From the NCBI GenBank assembly GCA_030265395.1, contig JARFYF010000112.1, positions 17,399,643 through 17,463,642 of the forward strand: 64,000 nt of DNA, read 5' to 3'. Source of the DNA: Rhina ancylostomus. Taxonomy: Eukaryota. The notes under the pieces are model-generated. The model saw only the letters and a list, made by a program, of their open reading frames with translations. It searched no databases and had not been told where the DNA came from. Made by a program: the position numbers and the translations under genes. Shown here in pieces: positions 1 through 11,949 of the stretch. Positions within the stretch are counted from its first letter, which is position 1. Each line of letters opens with the position of its first letter.

Positions 1-206
1 GGAATCTCCTGAAATGAAGACAGAAAGATCAAGGAAGGTGTCAGAGATAGACCAAGTGAATTGGAGAGCTGGGTGAAAATTAGTGGCGAAATTTATGAAA
101 CTGTTGAGTTCCACACGGGTGGCACCAATGCAGTCATTGATATAGCAGAGAAACAGTTGAGGAACGGAGCCGAAGTAGGCTTGGAACAGAGACTGTTCGA
201 CGTAGC
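1..206 (-). mobile_element. Penelope-like element, reverse transcriptase fragment
   Basis: Minus frame reads YVEQSLFQAYFGSVPQLFLCYINDCIGATRVELNSFINFATNFHPALQFTWSISDTFLDLSV, matching the PLE RT pattern RYIDD...FHPALKFTW...FLDL (DD mutated to ND). Confidence 0.9.
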
Positions 207-530
207 TTTTAGAATTCTCATCCTTATTTTAAAAGTATCCCCCGTGTCCTCCCCTTTACAAATTGTGTAATCTTCCTAACTTTCATTATCCTTTGACAGA
301 TATGGTCTCCTAAGCACCCCCAATAGCCTTTCCTCCATCATAAGTGACCATGCTTCTCGCTGCAAAGGCACTAAGTTCTAGAAGCCCCTCCTTAAATTGA
401 TACTCTCCTTTAAGTAGATCTTTAAAACCATCAATGATCAAATGTTTGGTCAATTTTCCTCTTTCTTTTGCTAATCTCCTACAAATCACCATGGGACATT
501 GTCAAATGCACAATACAAGTTGTTGTCTTG
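207..530 (+). mobile_element. L2-clade LINE 3' end, old
   Basis: Starts tttagaattctcatcctt (FRILIL, L2 ORF2 C-terminal FKILIL motif) and ends ...acaagttgttg. Similar copies at about 9790, 11260 and 17230. Confidence 0.7.
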
Positions 531-2094
531 TTGCCTTTTTCATCCTTTTAACACACAAGTTTTACTTCAAGCCTTTGTCCTGTTTGAAGGCACTTAGTGC
601 CTATGTTGATTCCTCATCGCACATGCAGCCTATATTAATCTCCCTATATGCAATAGCTTTCCTAAAGCTAAAGAAGATTTAAGTTTCTTCCCTCTTTTCA
701 AACTACTGTGAACTAAATTAAGAGCATGGATTTATTTGAAGCAAGATTCATAATTAAAACATGAACAGCTCCTCTCCTATTCTGAACTGTTAAATTGTAT
801 CTGGCAGACAGACAGACCTGTGAGTCACTGCACCTATGGTTTATTTCATTGCCATTTATTAGGCAAGATAAATATTAGTTAAATATTATCTTGCTTCTCA
901 GTGGGGGAAAAACAAATCAAATCATAGTTTCTTCAGCCCGAATGATTTAAACCTTGCAGGAAGATGAACCAGATTTATTAGAAATCCTTTGAACTTAAAC
1001 CAAATTCCTTGAAAAGGTATTTTCTTTTCTGAAAATGTCAGAAAGCTACTTAGGACTCTAAAGGGACGTGGGAGAATATTCACAGCAGCATGGCATTGCA
1101 TGCAACTGGAAAAATTGCAGGTAGGTAGCCCACAAAACGTTGAGTGAGATAACCTTTAAAGGGTACTGGAATTATGTCTTTACCAAGTGAGCTGATAAAC
1201 ACATGAATAGAACATTAAGTGTTTAAACTATGAATATTTGAAGAATAGAAAACTTAAGGGGATGTTGATCTAAAATTACAGAATGTTTGTTGGGAGGAGG
1301 ATGCTAACAATAAAGAGTTACCAACTGATAGCCCCAAAACTTCTCGATGGTTTCTAGGACGACTTTGTAAGCCCAAAGACAAAGTCCAATCCCAGCAATT
1401 CTAGAACCGGGAATTGTTCCCAATCCATAGTCACCTAATCCCAAAACGTTCCAGTACTTCCATATCCCACAAATCTGTCGAAGTATTCCTAGTTCAAGAG
1501 ATCCCTTTAAATAAAACTCAGATTCTGGATACGCCCAAATCATAGGACAATTCCATTCCTGATAAACCAGTGCCCTCTGACTGATCATGCAGCAACACGT
1601 TTTCACAGACCATTTGGTGCATTTTGTTTATCATGATTTGCAAATGTATGCTCACTGTCAAATGATTGAATTTTGAGTCATTAGTAAGTGGCGACAGGTC
1701 ACAATCAAATAGGAAAGGAACGTGTCAATCTTCAAATTTTGGGCAGAAATCACACATCCACCTTAGGCAGCCTTACCATCATCTCTTGAATTCCCTTCAC
1801 AAGCGTCCCTGACTCTCCATATTTTTAAGATGTCTCTTAAATCTACATCTTTTGATCCCATTTTCTAATAAATCATGGCTGATATTACATTTTATTCAAT
1901 AACACTCCTGTGAAGTAACACTTAAGGCACTGCGGACATGCAAATCACTGGGGCAGATCTTCCAGCAGCCTCAATCACTGGCCACCTGCCCCTGCCATAT
2001 GGTTGCCAGTGAAGAGGAAAACATTAGACTGTAGGAAGAAATAAATGGTCTGGTCAGTTAGGGAGAACAATGGAATTTAATCCAGAAAAGTAGA

Positions 2095-2250
2095 AATGGA
2101 AAAGGTTAAATATACTCAGGAGCTCAGTCAGCATCTGTGGAGAGAAACCGAGTTCACATTTTAAAACAAAGGCTTTTCATCAGAATTCTGTAAATTTAAA
2201 AAACAAAAATATTTCAAGTTACTCAGGTGGTAAGGTTGGAGAGAATAAAG
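2095..2250 (-). mobile_element. Penelope-like terminal repeat remnant
   Basis: Reverse strand has ctgatgaa...tttctctccacagatgctgactgagctcctgagt, the recurrent elasmobranch PLE end. Confidence 0.65.
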
Positions 2251-2599
2251 GGAATGTCAGTGCTCTCTTTTAGTTAATGCCTAAGCAAGAGCTATTTAAG
2301 CATCAATACATCAATGACTTCCAGCATCTACCTATCCAGTCACTTCCTGGAACTATTTGGCGTTGACAGTGTACTGGCTTATTCAAGGAGTAAACCAGTA
2401 TTTCATTTTCCAGGCTCTGCTACTTCCTCTCTCTGTTAATGGGAAATTATTGGGAATGAAATCTCCAGGAAACAGTGAAATTACTAAACTTCACGGTATG
2501 TAAAATAGCAAAACAAAATTTTTCAGTATAACATTCCTGAAGAAAATGCATTGACTACAATTTTAAAAGGATGTTGATAGGTTACATGTATAAAAATGG

Positions 2600-2800
2600 A
2601 TAGAGTTATACAGCATGGAAATACCATCCAAGCTGCCTACCTGAGCCTGTCCCATTTGTCTGCGTTTGCCATATCCCTCTAAACCTTTCCTATCAACACA
2701 CACATCTCAGTATATTTTAAACATTGTAATTGTACCCGCCTCTACCACTTCCTCTGGCAGCTCATTCCATGTAGCCCTGACCCTCTGTGTGAAAGAAACT
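2600..2800 (-). mobile_element. CR1/HER1 LINE 3' end
   Basis: atagagttatacagcatggaaa...cctctaccacttcctctggcagctcattcca is the reverse of WNELPEEVVEA plus the 3' UTR. Confidence 0.85.
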
Positions 2801-5339
2801 TCAAGAATTAATCTTTAGATTTTAATCTGTTTTAAATGCATACATCATGTTTTAATTTAATAAAAGGTTTATTCATTTCCTTCTTTGCTTCTTCCTCCAT
2901 CAGATATCTATCAACAACACCACTTTTGTAACAAATGCCTTGAATTATACTATNNNNNNNNNNNNNNNNNNNNNNNNNNNNNNNNNNNNNNNNNNNNNNN
3001 NNNNNNNNNNNNNNNNNNNNNNNNNNNNNNNNNNNNNNNNNNNNNNNNNNNNNAATTATACTATCCACATATACAGAATAACAATTAATACCATACCGGT
3101 GGATCGTGCTGGAATTATATTTCATCCTTTTCTGATCTCTAAAAATTAACTATGTACATAGTCCTAAGGAACCCAAACAAACCAAAGATAAAATAAAAAT
3201 ATTAGAGTATTTTCCTCTATGGTTTGATTTTTAAACATGCATAGAAGTTTATCAGGAGGTCAAAAGTAATAAACACCTTTTTTTCTTTTTATTAAACACC
3301 TCAGTCTGTGGTCTTGGCACTTATGTAAGCACAACTGATGCTTTGTGCATGTTACATTTGTGACAAATGGTAGCTCTGTGTAATGCTAAATGTGTCAAAA
3401 CCCTTATATGCCTAGTCAGGAGTGAGGGAGAGACGTGGGGCAGATCAGTATGCTACAAGGAATAAGGACGAGAGGAGCTGGGGATGATGGAGAATAGGTT
3501 TTGTAATCTGTGCATTGTACTATATTATTGGATCTTTGACATCAAAGCAAAACTTTCATCACCAAAAACCCATTGTTTTTTCCACTATCATAATGGCCAA
3601 ATGCACATGCTTTTCACATTAAAAGCTGTATTTTTATGTCTCTCTGCTGACTTTAGAGCAACAAATCAAGAGTGTATCAGCCTAATTAGTGTAACTTACA
3701 GTCAATTGAAATTTTCCTTTTTGCCCATCTGAACCCTCCAGACTAGAGTCTGCACAATGTTAGGATGGTCTACTACAAAGCCATACTGAAAGATAGCATG
3801 TCTCTGCATCTCAAGGTGAATACAAATTAAAAATGTCCACATGCCTCCTAAAGGATTAAGATTAGGTGTCAAACCAAACACATGGCATAACAAAGTCACA
3901 TTGTGTCAAGAATTAAGAATTTTGAGTGAATTGTACAAATTTGCTAATCACAGCATCTACCCACAAAACAGAACATGTTACTAATATTAAAATTCTATTA
4001 TAAAAATGTTGTACTTTCTAAAACAATACCAGAGAGAAATCTGATTTTACCTGAACAGTACAAAAATAAAGAAACTTGTTTTTTCATTGGATTGATAAAC
4101 AGACCATTCAGCAATTGAGAGAAAGTTAGCACAATGGCCTCAGTTGCAAACCTTTAAAATGTTGAATTAAGACTGTTCTAATCTAGAATATCAAACAAAC
4201 TGTCAGACAAAATTATGAATTCATTAACTTGTGCCATGTCATTTATATAAATAGGGACATAACTATAAGCTTCATTGAATTCTTTTTGCATCAAAATCTC
4301 TCTCAATGGAAATGGCACTCCAATTCTTTGCAGACCTTTCAATTTATGAAGATTTAAGGCATTGTGCTTTCTTTATATAAACATGATTTTATTGGCATTG
4401 TAAGCAATGTTTTAAATTTTAATGGGCCTTTAACCTTTAAATGCATTTCAAATTGGACACATTCCTTTTGGCTAAAATGTGACAGTCAATACAGATAAAC
4501 AGATATTTCATCCACAGCAGGGCTTATGTGCATCCTATATTTGAAAGGTGAGTGATCCTTGGTTGGATCTCAGCCTGCATATTTTGCCATCCTCCAAAGG
4601 TAATGAGATGGCCATGAAAGTAGTTTGATATTTCTTACAACAAGATATGTTTGTGTTTGAAAGATGTGAGAAAATAAATACTTTTCCCTGTGAATTTTCA
4701 TCTTTTCCACATAAAGCCAAGATAACGTAGGACAGATAGACACAGAATCATTCATGGGGAACAAAATGATAATCTTTAAAAGTGAATGATTCACTTTGTG
4801 CTCTGTGATTTGAAGAGAATGAAACTCAAACTTAAAATATTTTTCCCAGCAGTATAACAGGCCAGATTGTGCTCTATGGTTCAACCCAGCCTGTGCTTCA
4901 TGTTCATCTCCACTCACCTCTGCCACATTAAACTTTTGTATCTGCACAGACCCAGATGAACCAAAGCCTTTGCTGCTGCAATTGTCCCACAAGTGCAGTG
5001 GTCTGTGAGCTGTGGATAGGCCTGATGTAGCAGAACCTGGGTCCCTATCCCCAGATTGTCCTAATGGCTTTTTGACAGCAAAGGCCTTTGCAACTATTTT
5101 TAAATTTCTCTCTCAATGACATATATTTAAAAACAGTCAAAGTAGATATAAATAATATCTTAATAATTAAAAGTAAATAATTAAAGCATAAAAATGACTT
5201 ATGTGAATTAGTTAAAAATGTGAACTGATAAAAGACAACAGCCCACTGATCTTCACTTCTCCCGAAGCAGGCATAAAGGCGCCATTTACACAGTCTAAGT
5301 GGCCTCTCAGCCCAGGATGTTGCACAACCACCTGGGACT

Positions 5340-5482
5340 CCATAAGACACAGGAGCAGAAATAGGCCATTTGGCCCATCAAGTCTGTTCTGCCATTTGAT
5401 CATAGCTGATTTATTTTTCACTCTCAGCCCCATTCTCCTGCCTTCTCCCAGTAACCTTTGACTGTCTTACTAATCAAGAACT
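5340..5482 (-). mobile_element. CR1/HER1 3' UTR fragment
   Basis: cataagacacaggagcagaaataggccatttggcccatc...gatcatagctgat is the reverse CR1 tail. Confidence 0.8.
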
Positions 5483-5994
5483 CAGTGGTGGCCTGCTTTG
5501 CAGCTAGCTCATGTACTCTGTGGAACCACTACTTAGCTGTCAGCTCAACCAGCATTTGTCCAGGCATACAGATGAATACCAATTTTTGTCTTTGCAGCTT
5601 TGAAAGATCAAAACAGACTGAAAGATAATGCATGTTCTAGAATCTAGATGTCATTAATAAATGTAGGCAATGATGTCACCACACTTAACAGAACTGTAGG
5701 TTAAAGATTTATTAAATACTTCCTAGTTTAAACATCTGAGGTATGATTCAAATTTATTTTTGTCAGATTGCCAATTCTGGACTGATGTATCAACAAGCAA
5801 TATACAAATTTCTCTGTTTCAGTACACATGATCCCTGCGTTATGGCCATTTGAGTAACAGAAATTCACCCTTACAGAATCCACAAATCACTACCCAAAAA
5901 CATAAGAATAAAATTTACTCTTATAGAATTTATGTGAAAAAAATAAACAAACACCATTTGTTTTTCTAACTTGCATTTCTTGACACATACGCAG

Positions 5995-6082
5995 ATGATG
6001 CGGCTTTGTGTTATGCGAAATCATGATATGGATGGTTTTCTAGGAACTCAACACCCCCACCCCTCCCCCCATAACATAGGGG
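5995..6082. mobile_element. Possible Tc1/mariner (Tigger/pogo-like) terminal inverted repeat remnant
   Basis: ttatgcgaaatc...ttttctaggaac...ataacataggggttgcctgt resembles Tigger-type ends. No partner TIR found. Confidence 0.35.
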
Positions 6083-6689
6083 TTGCCTGTGGTTCCACTG
6101 GACTGACAAATACATTAGAAAAATGATATGGCTCAGTGAGAGTGCCTCATCTTTAAACGTGTTTATCACTGACTTCCTCAATTCTATGCAAGGTAAGCAA
6201 CTTGACACATGAATTCTGTTTCACTCTCCGGACATATTGCCTTACTGCAGAGTACTTACAAGACTCTGTATTTAAAACAATCTTTCTTAATGCCCTTGGA
6301 ACCAGAGAGTGGAACCCAATCTCATGAAAGCTTCCTTCAGAAGACTTAACTACCAAAGAAAGCCAGAGGTGATGCTGGAAAAATTAACTAAGCAATAAGA
6401 ATTCTAATGCTTGCTCTTGTAATCTCTCTTTGATTTTTAAGCAGAAATCATAAGCAGTTGACTTGTGACATTCAGGGATAAGAGATGACTAGCTACACTA
6501 AACACTCAGTTTAAGCCCTAAAATATACAGGTGTACACATCTGGTCTTTATACAAAATATTAAGATGCTGTATTNNNNNNCTATAAAGTAATAGAACAGA
6601 TCTTAGGTGACAGTGAAATTATGAGGTCTACAAGAGTCAATGAAGTTACAACAGGCAATTTAGTTCTGAGAACAAAAAATTAACCACAT

Positions 6690-7870
6690 CAGAAGAAATG
6701 GGAACAGATGTAGGCCAGTCAGCCTTGCAAACCTGTTCTGTCATTCAATAAGATACCTCCATATCATTTGAGTCTGTTAATATCCAAAAATCCATCGATC
6801 CGTTTTAAATGCAATTGACGACTAAACCTCCACAGCCCTCCAGTGAAGAGAAATGCACACAGTCATCATTACTCGTGTGAGGGAATTTCTCCTCATGGCC
6901 TAACTCTGGTGTTGAGATTCTTCCCCAGTTCTACATTCCCTAGTCAGTGGAAGCATTGTCTGCACGTCTACCCTGTTGAACCTGCTGAGAAATTTGTGCT
7001 TGTCAATGAGGTCAACTTTCATTCCTCAAAATTCTACAAAATAGAGGTCAAAACTACCCCTGATGTGACAGACTCACCATTGCCTCTATTGTAAGTACAA
7101 GGGTAGGGGAGTCTAAAACTAGGGGGCATAGGTTTGAGAGGGAAAAAATTAAAAGGGACACGAGGGGCAAATTTTACATACAGAAGATGAAGTGTATATA
7201 AATGAGCTGCCAGANNNNNNNNNNNNNNNNNNNNNNNNNNNNNNNNNNNNNNNNNNNNNNNNNNNNNNNNNNNNNNNNNNNNNNNNNNNNNNNNNNNNNN
7301 NNNNNNNNNNNNNNTGCCAGAGGAAGTGAAAAGGCAACTACAACATGTAAAAGACATTTGGACAGATTCGTGGATAGTAAAGATTTAGAGGGATACTGGG
7401 CAAATGCAGGCAAATGGCACTAGCTAGGAAAGGTCCTTGGTCAGCATGGAAGAGTTGGACCAAAGGGCCTACTTCTATGCTGTATAACTCTATGACTCAG
7501 TTTCCTTTTCTCAGGAAGGAAATCAAAAATGTACGCTACACTCTAGACTGTATCTCATCAAGGTCATCTAAGATTGCAGCAAAACACCATTATTTTTGTA
7601 TTCAAATAAAGACCGACATACCACGTGCCGTCTTACATGCTGGCAGCACCTACATGTCACTTTTAATGATGTGTCTAAGGACATCCAGAGCCCTTTGAAC
7701 ATCTCAATCTCTCACCATTTAAAAAAATACTTAAGTTTCATTTTACCTACATTGTACTCCACCTGCATGTTGTTGCCCACTCACCCAGCTTGTCCATATT
7801 TCACAAAAGCCCTTTGCGTCCTGTCGCTACTCACATTCCCACTTTGTTTCATGTCATTAGCATTTCAGCA
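6690..7870 (-). mobile_element. Old CR1/HER1 3' fragment interrupted by a younger opposite-strand CR1
   Basis: Reverse CR1 tail at about 6690-7075; ORF2-like sequence resumes at about 7500-7870. Confidence 0.65.
7098..7498 (+). mobile_element. CR1/HER1 3' end
   Basis: ggggagtctaaaactagggggcatagg (SKTRGH), gagctgccagaggaagtg (ELPEEV) and tail aagggcctacttctatgctgtataactctatgac. Confidence 0.9.
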
Positions 7871-9789
7871 TCACTATTTCAATGTTCATTTGAAAGAAAT
7901 TGAATAAATCTCAGAGGAAAATCATTGTTCACCATTTACTATTCCAACACAATCATGGATATTGATGAGTGTACAAGCGCTAAAAAGGAAGACGTAGTCT
8001 ATCAGTTAAAAAAAAATGATTTATGATGAATGACATCAGAGAAAAAAACAAACTGACAAACACATTTGATATGCATTTTCAATGACTTGTGTGCAAGGAC
8101 ATCCAGGGCCCTTGGCTAACTTGCCTAATTTCTATCTGGAGATAAAGTTGTCAGTGCTCCCATAGATTCAATGGGTGGAAGATGATCACAAAGAAAAGCC
8201 TTTGTAGGTGTCTGACTGTTCTTGACTCTCCAGTTGTAATGGCAAAATAGCTGCAAAAATGTATTTTCTTTGACCCTACCATTTTTCTGATGAGTACCAA
8301 ATACGAGGTCACAGACAGTTAACCCCAATAATTAGACATGCCATACATTGCTAAATTACAAGATTTAAAGCAGAGTCCCACATATTCCTGAATACTAAGT
8401 TCCATAGAATGCCAACACTATAAATCTTCACAAGATAGGGGAGTCAATGTTTTTTCTCAACTACAATTTCAATGAAACAAAATTTAGATCAATATGAGTG
8501 TGTGATCCACCATCCCAGATTAACAATGACGTGATAACAAAAATATAATGAATCTGCTCATTTTAGAACCTGTGACTATTGTTTATGTTTGTCATCTAAC
8601 ATGGTTTATAACTGGGAATAAACTAGTTAAGGAAGTGAGCAAGAATGTGAAGCATGTAACATCACAGAGACTAATATCCATTACACATGTTCAGAATTAG
8701 GGATAACAGAAAATGTTGGAAAATCTGCCTCTCAACATTTTAAGTTGGTAATTGGTTATGCTGAACTTTTGCAAACCAGAAAAAAATTGCAGTACAATGC
8801 CAGAGAGCAAGAAGCTGTTTAAATAAAAGTACAGATATAGTTGTACCTTTCTGGAATAAAAAGGCAACAAGGTTAAAAATCTTGAACATTTCCCTCACAC
8901 AACTACTGCAGCTGTGGACAGTGTGTGGAACAACAGTCAGAAATTAGATCTGTGCTTCCCAAATGAACTAAAGACTGATAATCAAGTTCCACCTTCTAAG
9001 CATTATATCTCAAAAGGCATGGATGCCAATCAGAAGCCTTCAGATTAAGTACCCTCTCCTTGATCAGGCATGCTTGTTGACAAGCGTCAAGAAGTGTCCA
9101 ATTCTAGCACAGTTCTTGGGATTGCAAATTTGTGGATTTTCTGGACCTAAATATGTGCTGAAGTGTAACTACAAAATAAACGAAAGAGAAATTTAAAGGA
9201 GGGATTGAATCGTTGGAGAAGATTTGGCAAATTTTTGGTAGCCTCAATAATGCTTGCTTTGCCTAATTTTTCAAACTACCAAATAAAAGCAAATGGGTTT
9301 GTGTGGGAGGATTCACCAAATAAGGAATTATAAGCACTGAAGTCTCATGCAAGAAAATAGATGTTCAGAAAAATCACACATCACATGCAAAATATAAAAG
9401 GAGAAAAATTGTTAGGAAGATGATGAGATTTGGTCTTTAACCTATAATCATGTTCATTATAAAATTAAATGGTAAACAAATAGATTAATTAACATCAATA
9501 TTGTATTGGCTTCCTTTTGTTCTGTATGCACCCAATTTGTGCAATACTGCTTCCCATTTGTGTCTGTAGAATGAACAAACAAATGATTTCACTACTCCAT
9601 TGAGTCAACCATCCATCATCACGTTCAACTGTATGGAAAAAGGCTAGTTATAATTATAACCAAGAATAATCATCCCACGCAAAAAACAGGATTGCCCCTC
9701 TAGGGTATCCAATAGCATTATTCCTTAATGTCAGACAACATGGCCGTTTACAACACAAAATAGTTAAAAGAGTGAAAATGTTTCCATCC

Positions 9790-10120
9790 TACTTACACAC
9801 TAACATACATTGCTTGAAATATTCTCATCCTCATTTTCAATCCCAGAATGACCTCACCAGCCCTACAGTGGTTGAGGAATCTCTCCATTTCTCCACTTCT
9901 AGCCTCCTCCACACCCCCAATTTTCAATTACTGCCACTTGCAGCCATATCCTGCCTTCAGCCTTCTTGACCCAAAAGCCTGCAATACCCTACCTAAATCT
10001 CTCTTTCGCCCCTTAAGACACTTCTTAATTTGATCTCTCTCTTGCTTTCTATGGCAAAATGACAGATTCTTTCTGTGAAGCACCTTGTTTGTTTCATCAT
10101 GTATAAAAACAGCACAGGTA
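9790..10120 (+). mobile_element. L2-clade LINE 3' end
   Basis: aatattctcatcctcattttcaatccc...ccttcagcc...ctgtgaagcacctt; same family as 207-530. Confidence 0.65.
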
Positions 10121-11259
10121 AATTCTCAAAGTATATTTTCCATTTAGTATTTATTGTCAATGAAGTCATACATTTGCAGTATTTTGATTGCAATGTATAA
10201 AGGCATTCTTTCTTGTTTTGTCACAGAACAATTTCAATTTTTTCCACTTTCATTGCTCAGATTTAAGATCATTTTCATACAATATAGCATTTACAAACAC
10301 TTGAAGTATAATGCTGAGAATAGTAAAAATTTTGTCCAGAATTTACAGTGGCCTGCTTAGACAAGTTAATGCAACAGGCCTACAAACATTATGCATGCAG
10401 ACCATTCACTGGAAAATTTAGTAGCACACAAAGCTCAAAATTGTGCGCAGTGCCAAACAGGCTTGACATACTGAAAGAGCTTTTGATTGTGCACTTTAGC
10501 AATGCAGCAATCAGAAGTGGGGTGGACTGCCATCAGCTAACCAAGGATCAGTGGGAAGTGTGGCGGGTGATCAGGGCAGGGGATCAGAAGTTGCATCTGT
10601 GTAGAAAACGGGTGGGATATCAGACAGTGAGCGGTGGACAGTGGTTATACAACCAATCAGAGAAGGGGGACAAATCAAGTGGTAAGTGGGTTAGGAGGTG
10701 GTCAGTCAAATTAATGGTTGAAGATGGCAGGATGATTGACTGGGGATCAGACTGCTAACTAGTGGAGAGGAACATGCTGACAAGCAGATTGATGGTAAGT
10801 GGGTGGGTCAGATGGACAAGTAATGGTCTGGTAGTTGTGGGGTAGGAAATTAGTCACACAAGAAATGCAATTTGGTAGTGGGTTGGGGAACTAAAGGGAA
10901 TGCAGGCATTTAACTTGAAAAAGACCTGCCTGTGGGAAGTACTCAGCAAGACCTCAATGCCAATGCTTACCTTATGTCAATGCAGACCTCACAGGTATTT
11001 GAAGAAATGCTTAAGCACATGTAGTTTAAACTGTCTACAGGCTATGCACATGTGGTCCAAAACTACAGAAGCAATATCCAGACACATGTTGGAGACCACA
11101 AGACATTGCTGTGCATTTCCAAGCTACCCCATGCATTAGCCTATAAGCTTCCAGGAGGAAAATTGCATACTTTGTAACTCAGATGAGATCCCAAATTTCT
11201 GTCTGTGAATGATGCCTCAGTTAAATGGAATCATTTAGCATACGAAAACTTGATGTTAT

Positions 11260-11670
11260 GCAGAACCATTATCAAACAAATTTAGCAACTATTGGAGCAG
11301 ATGATTTAAAAACTTGGATAAAACAATAGGTTTTAAGTGTCTTAAAGGATGAAGGTGAAAGGGAGAGACAATAGTTTGGGGAAGAAATTCCAGTGCTTCA
11401 GACTTTGACAGTTGAAGACACAACTGCTCAAGTGATGGGATTAAAATTGGCAGTACTCAGCGGATCACATCTGCAGCAATAAAGATATCTTGAAAAGTTA
11501 TGAGATTGAGGACATGGCAGACGGGAAACCATGGAAATGTTTGAAAATAATGGCGATGATTTTACATTTGGGTTGGTGCTAAACAAGGGGCCGACGTAAG
11601 TAATGGGTGATGGATGAATGGGATTTAATGTGAGTTAGGATGCAGGCAGCAGAATTTTGAAAAATAAAAG
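11260..11670 (-). mobile_element. L2-clade LINE 3' region
   Basis: ttatcaaacaaattt...aggttttaagtgtcttaaagga...gtgagttaggatgcaggcagcagaattttg is the reverse of the L2 ORF2 end. Confidence 0.7.
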
Positions 11671-11949
11671 CTCCATGAAACTACTGCCATTACAATAAGA
11701 ATGATTAAATGCCTGCTGTGGTTTACAATTAATGTTCCCCATTAGATAGGTCAAATACACTAACTCTTTATTCTCAAAGTAATATGTATCATTATCAAAC
11801 ACAACTCAGGGACAATTGTTAGTTTCTTTGTTGCTAATGCTTTCAAATTAAACCAAAGAGGCAACCTTTTCCAATTAGCAGTTATAAAATATCTTGCTTC
11901 ACAAAGTTTAGTTTTCTCAGCAAGGTACTCATTCTGCAAAAATTAAGTT

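Noticed and set aside
310-492. Protein-looking minus ORF (RRLAKERGKLTKHLIIDGFKDLLKGEY), first considered as an endogenous viral fragment
   Set aside because: It is the antisense reading of an L2 3' end that recurs elsewhere in the window.
2414-2495. Plus-strand exon-like segment with good splice sites (ALLLPLSVNGKLLGMKSPGNSEITKLH)
   Set aside because: Antisense to SNX29 with no recognisable protein; expected by chance in 64 kb.
4518-4547. Plus-strand 27/30-nt microexon candidate with NAGNAG acceptor and AAG|gtgagt donor
   Set aside because: Wrong strand for the host gene, weak pyrimidine tract and no supporting gene.
6100-6370. Faint gag-like peptide (EYLQDSVFKTIFLNALG)
   Set aside because: Too short, stop-interrupted, and no flanking LTR or pol motifs.
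8287-8310. Hammerhead-like CTGATGAGTACCAAATACGAGG
   Set aside because: The essential GAAA reads GAGG, and no stems I or III are evident.
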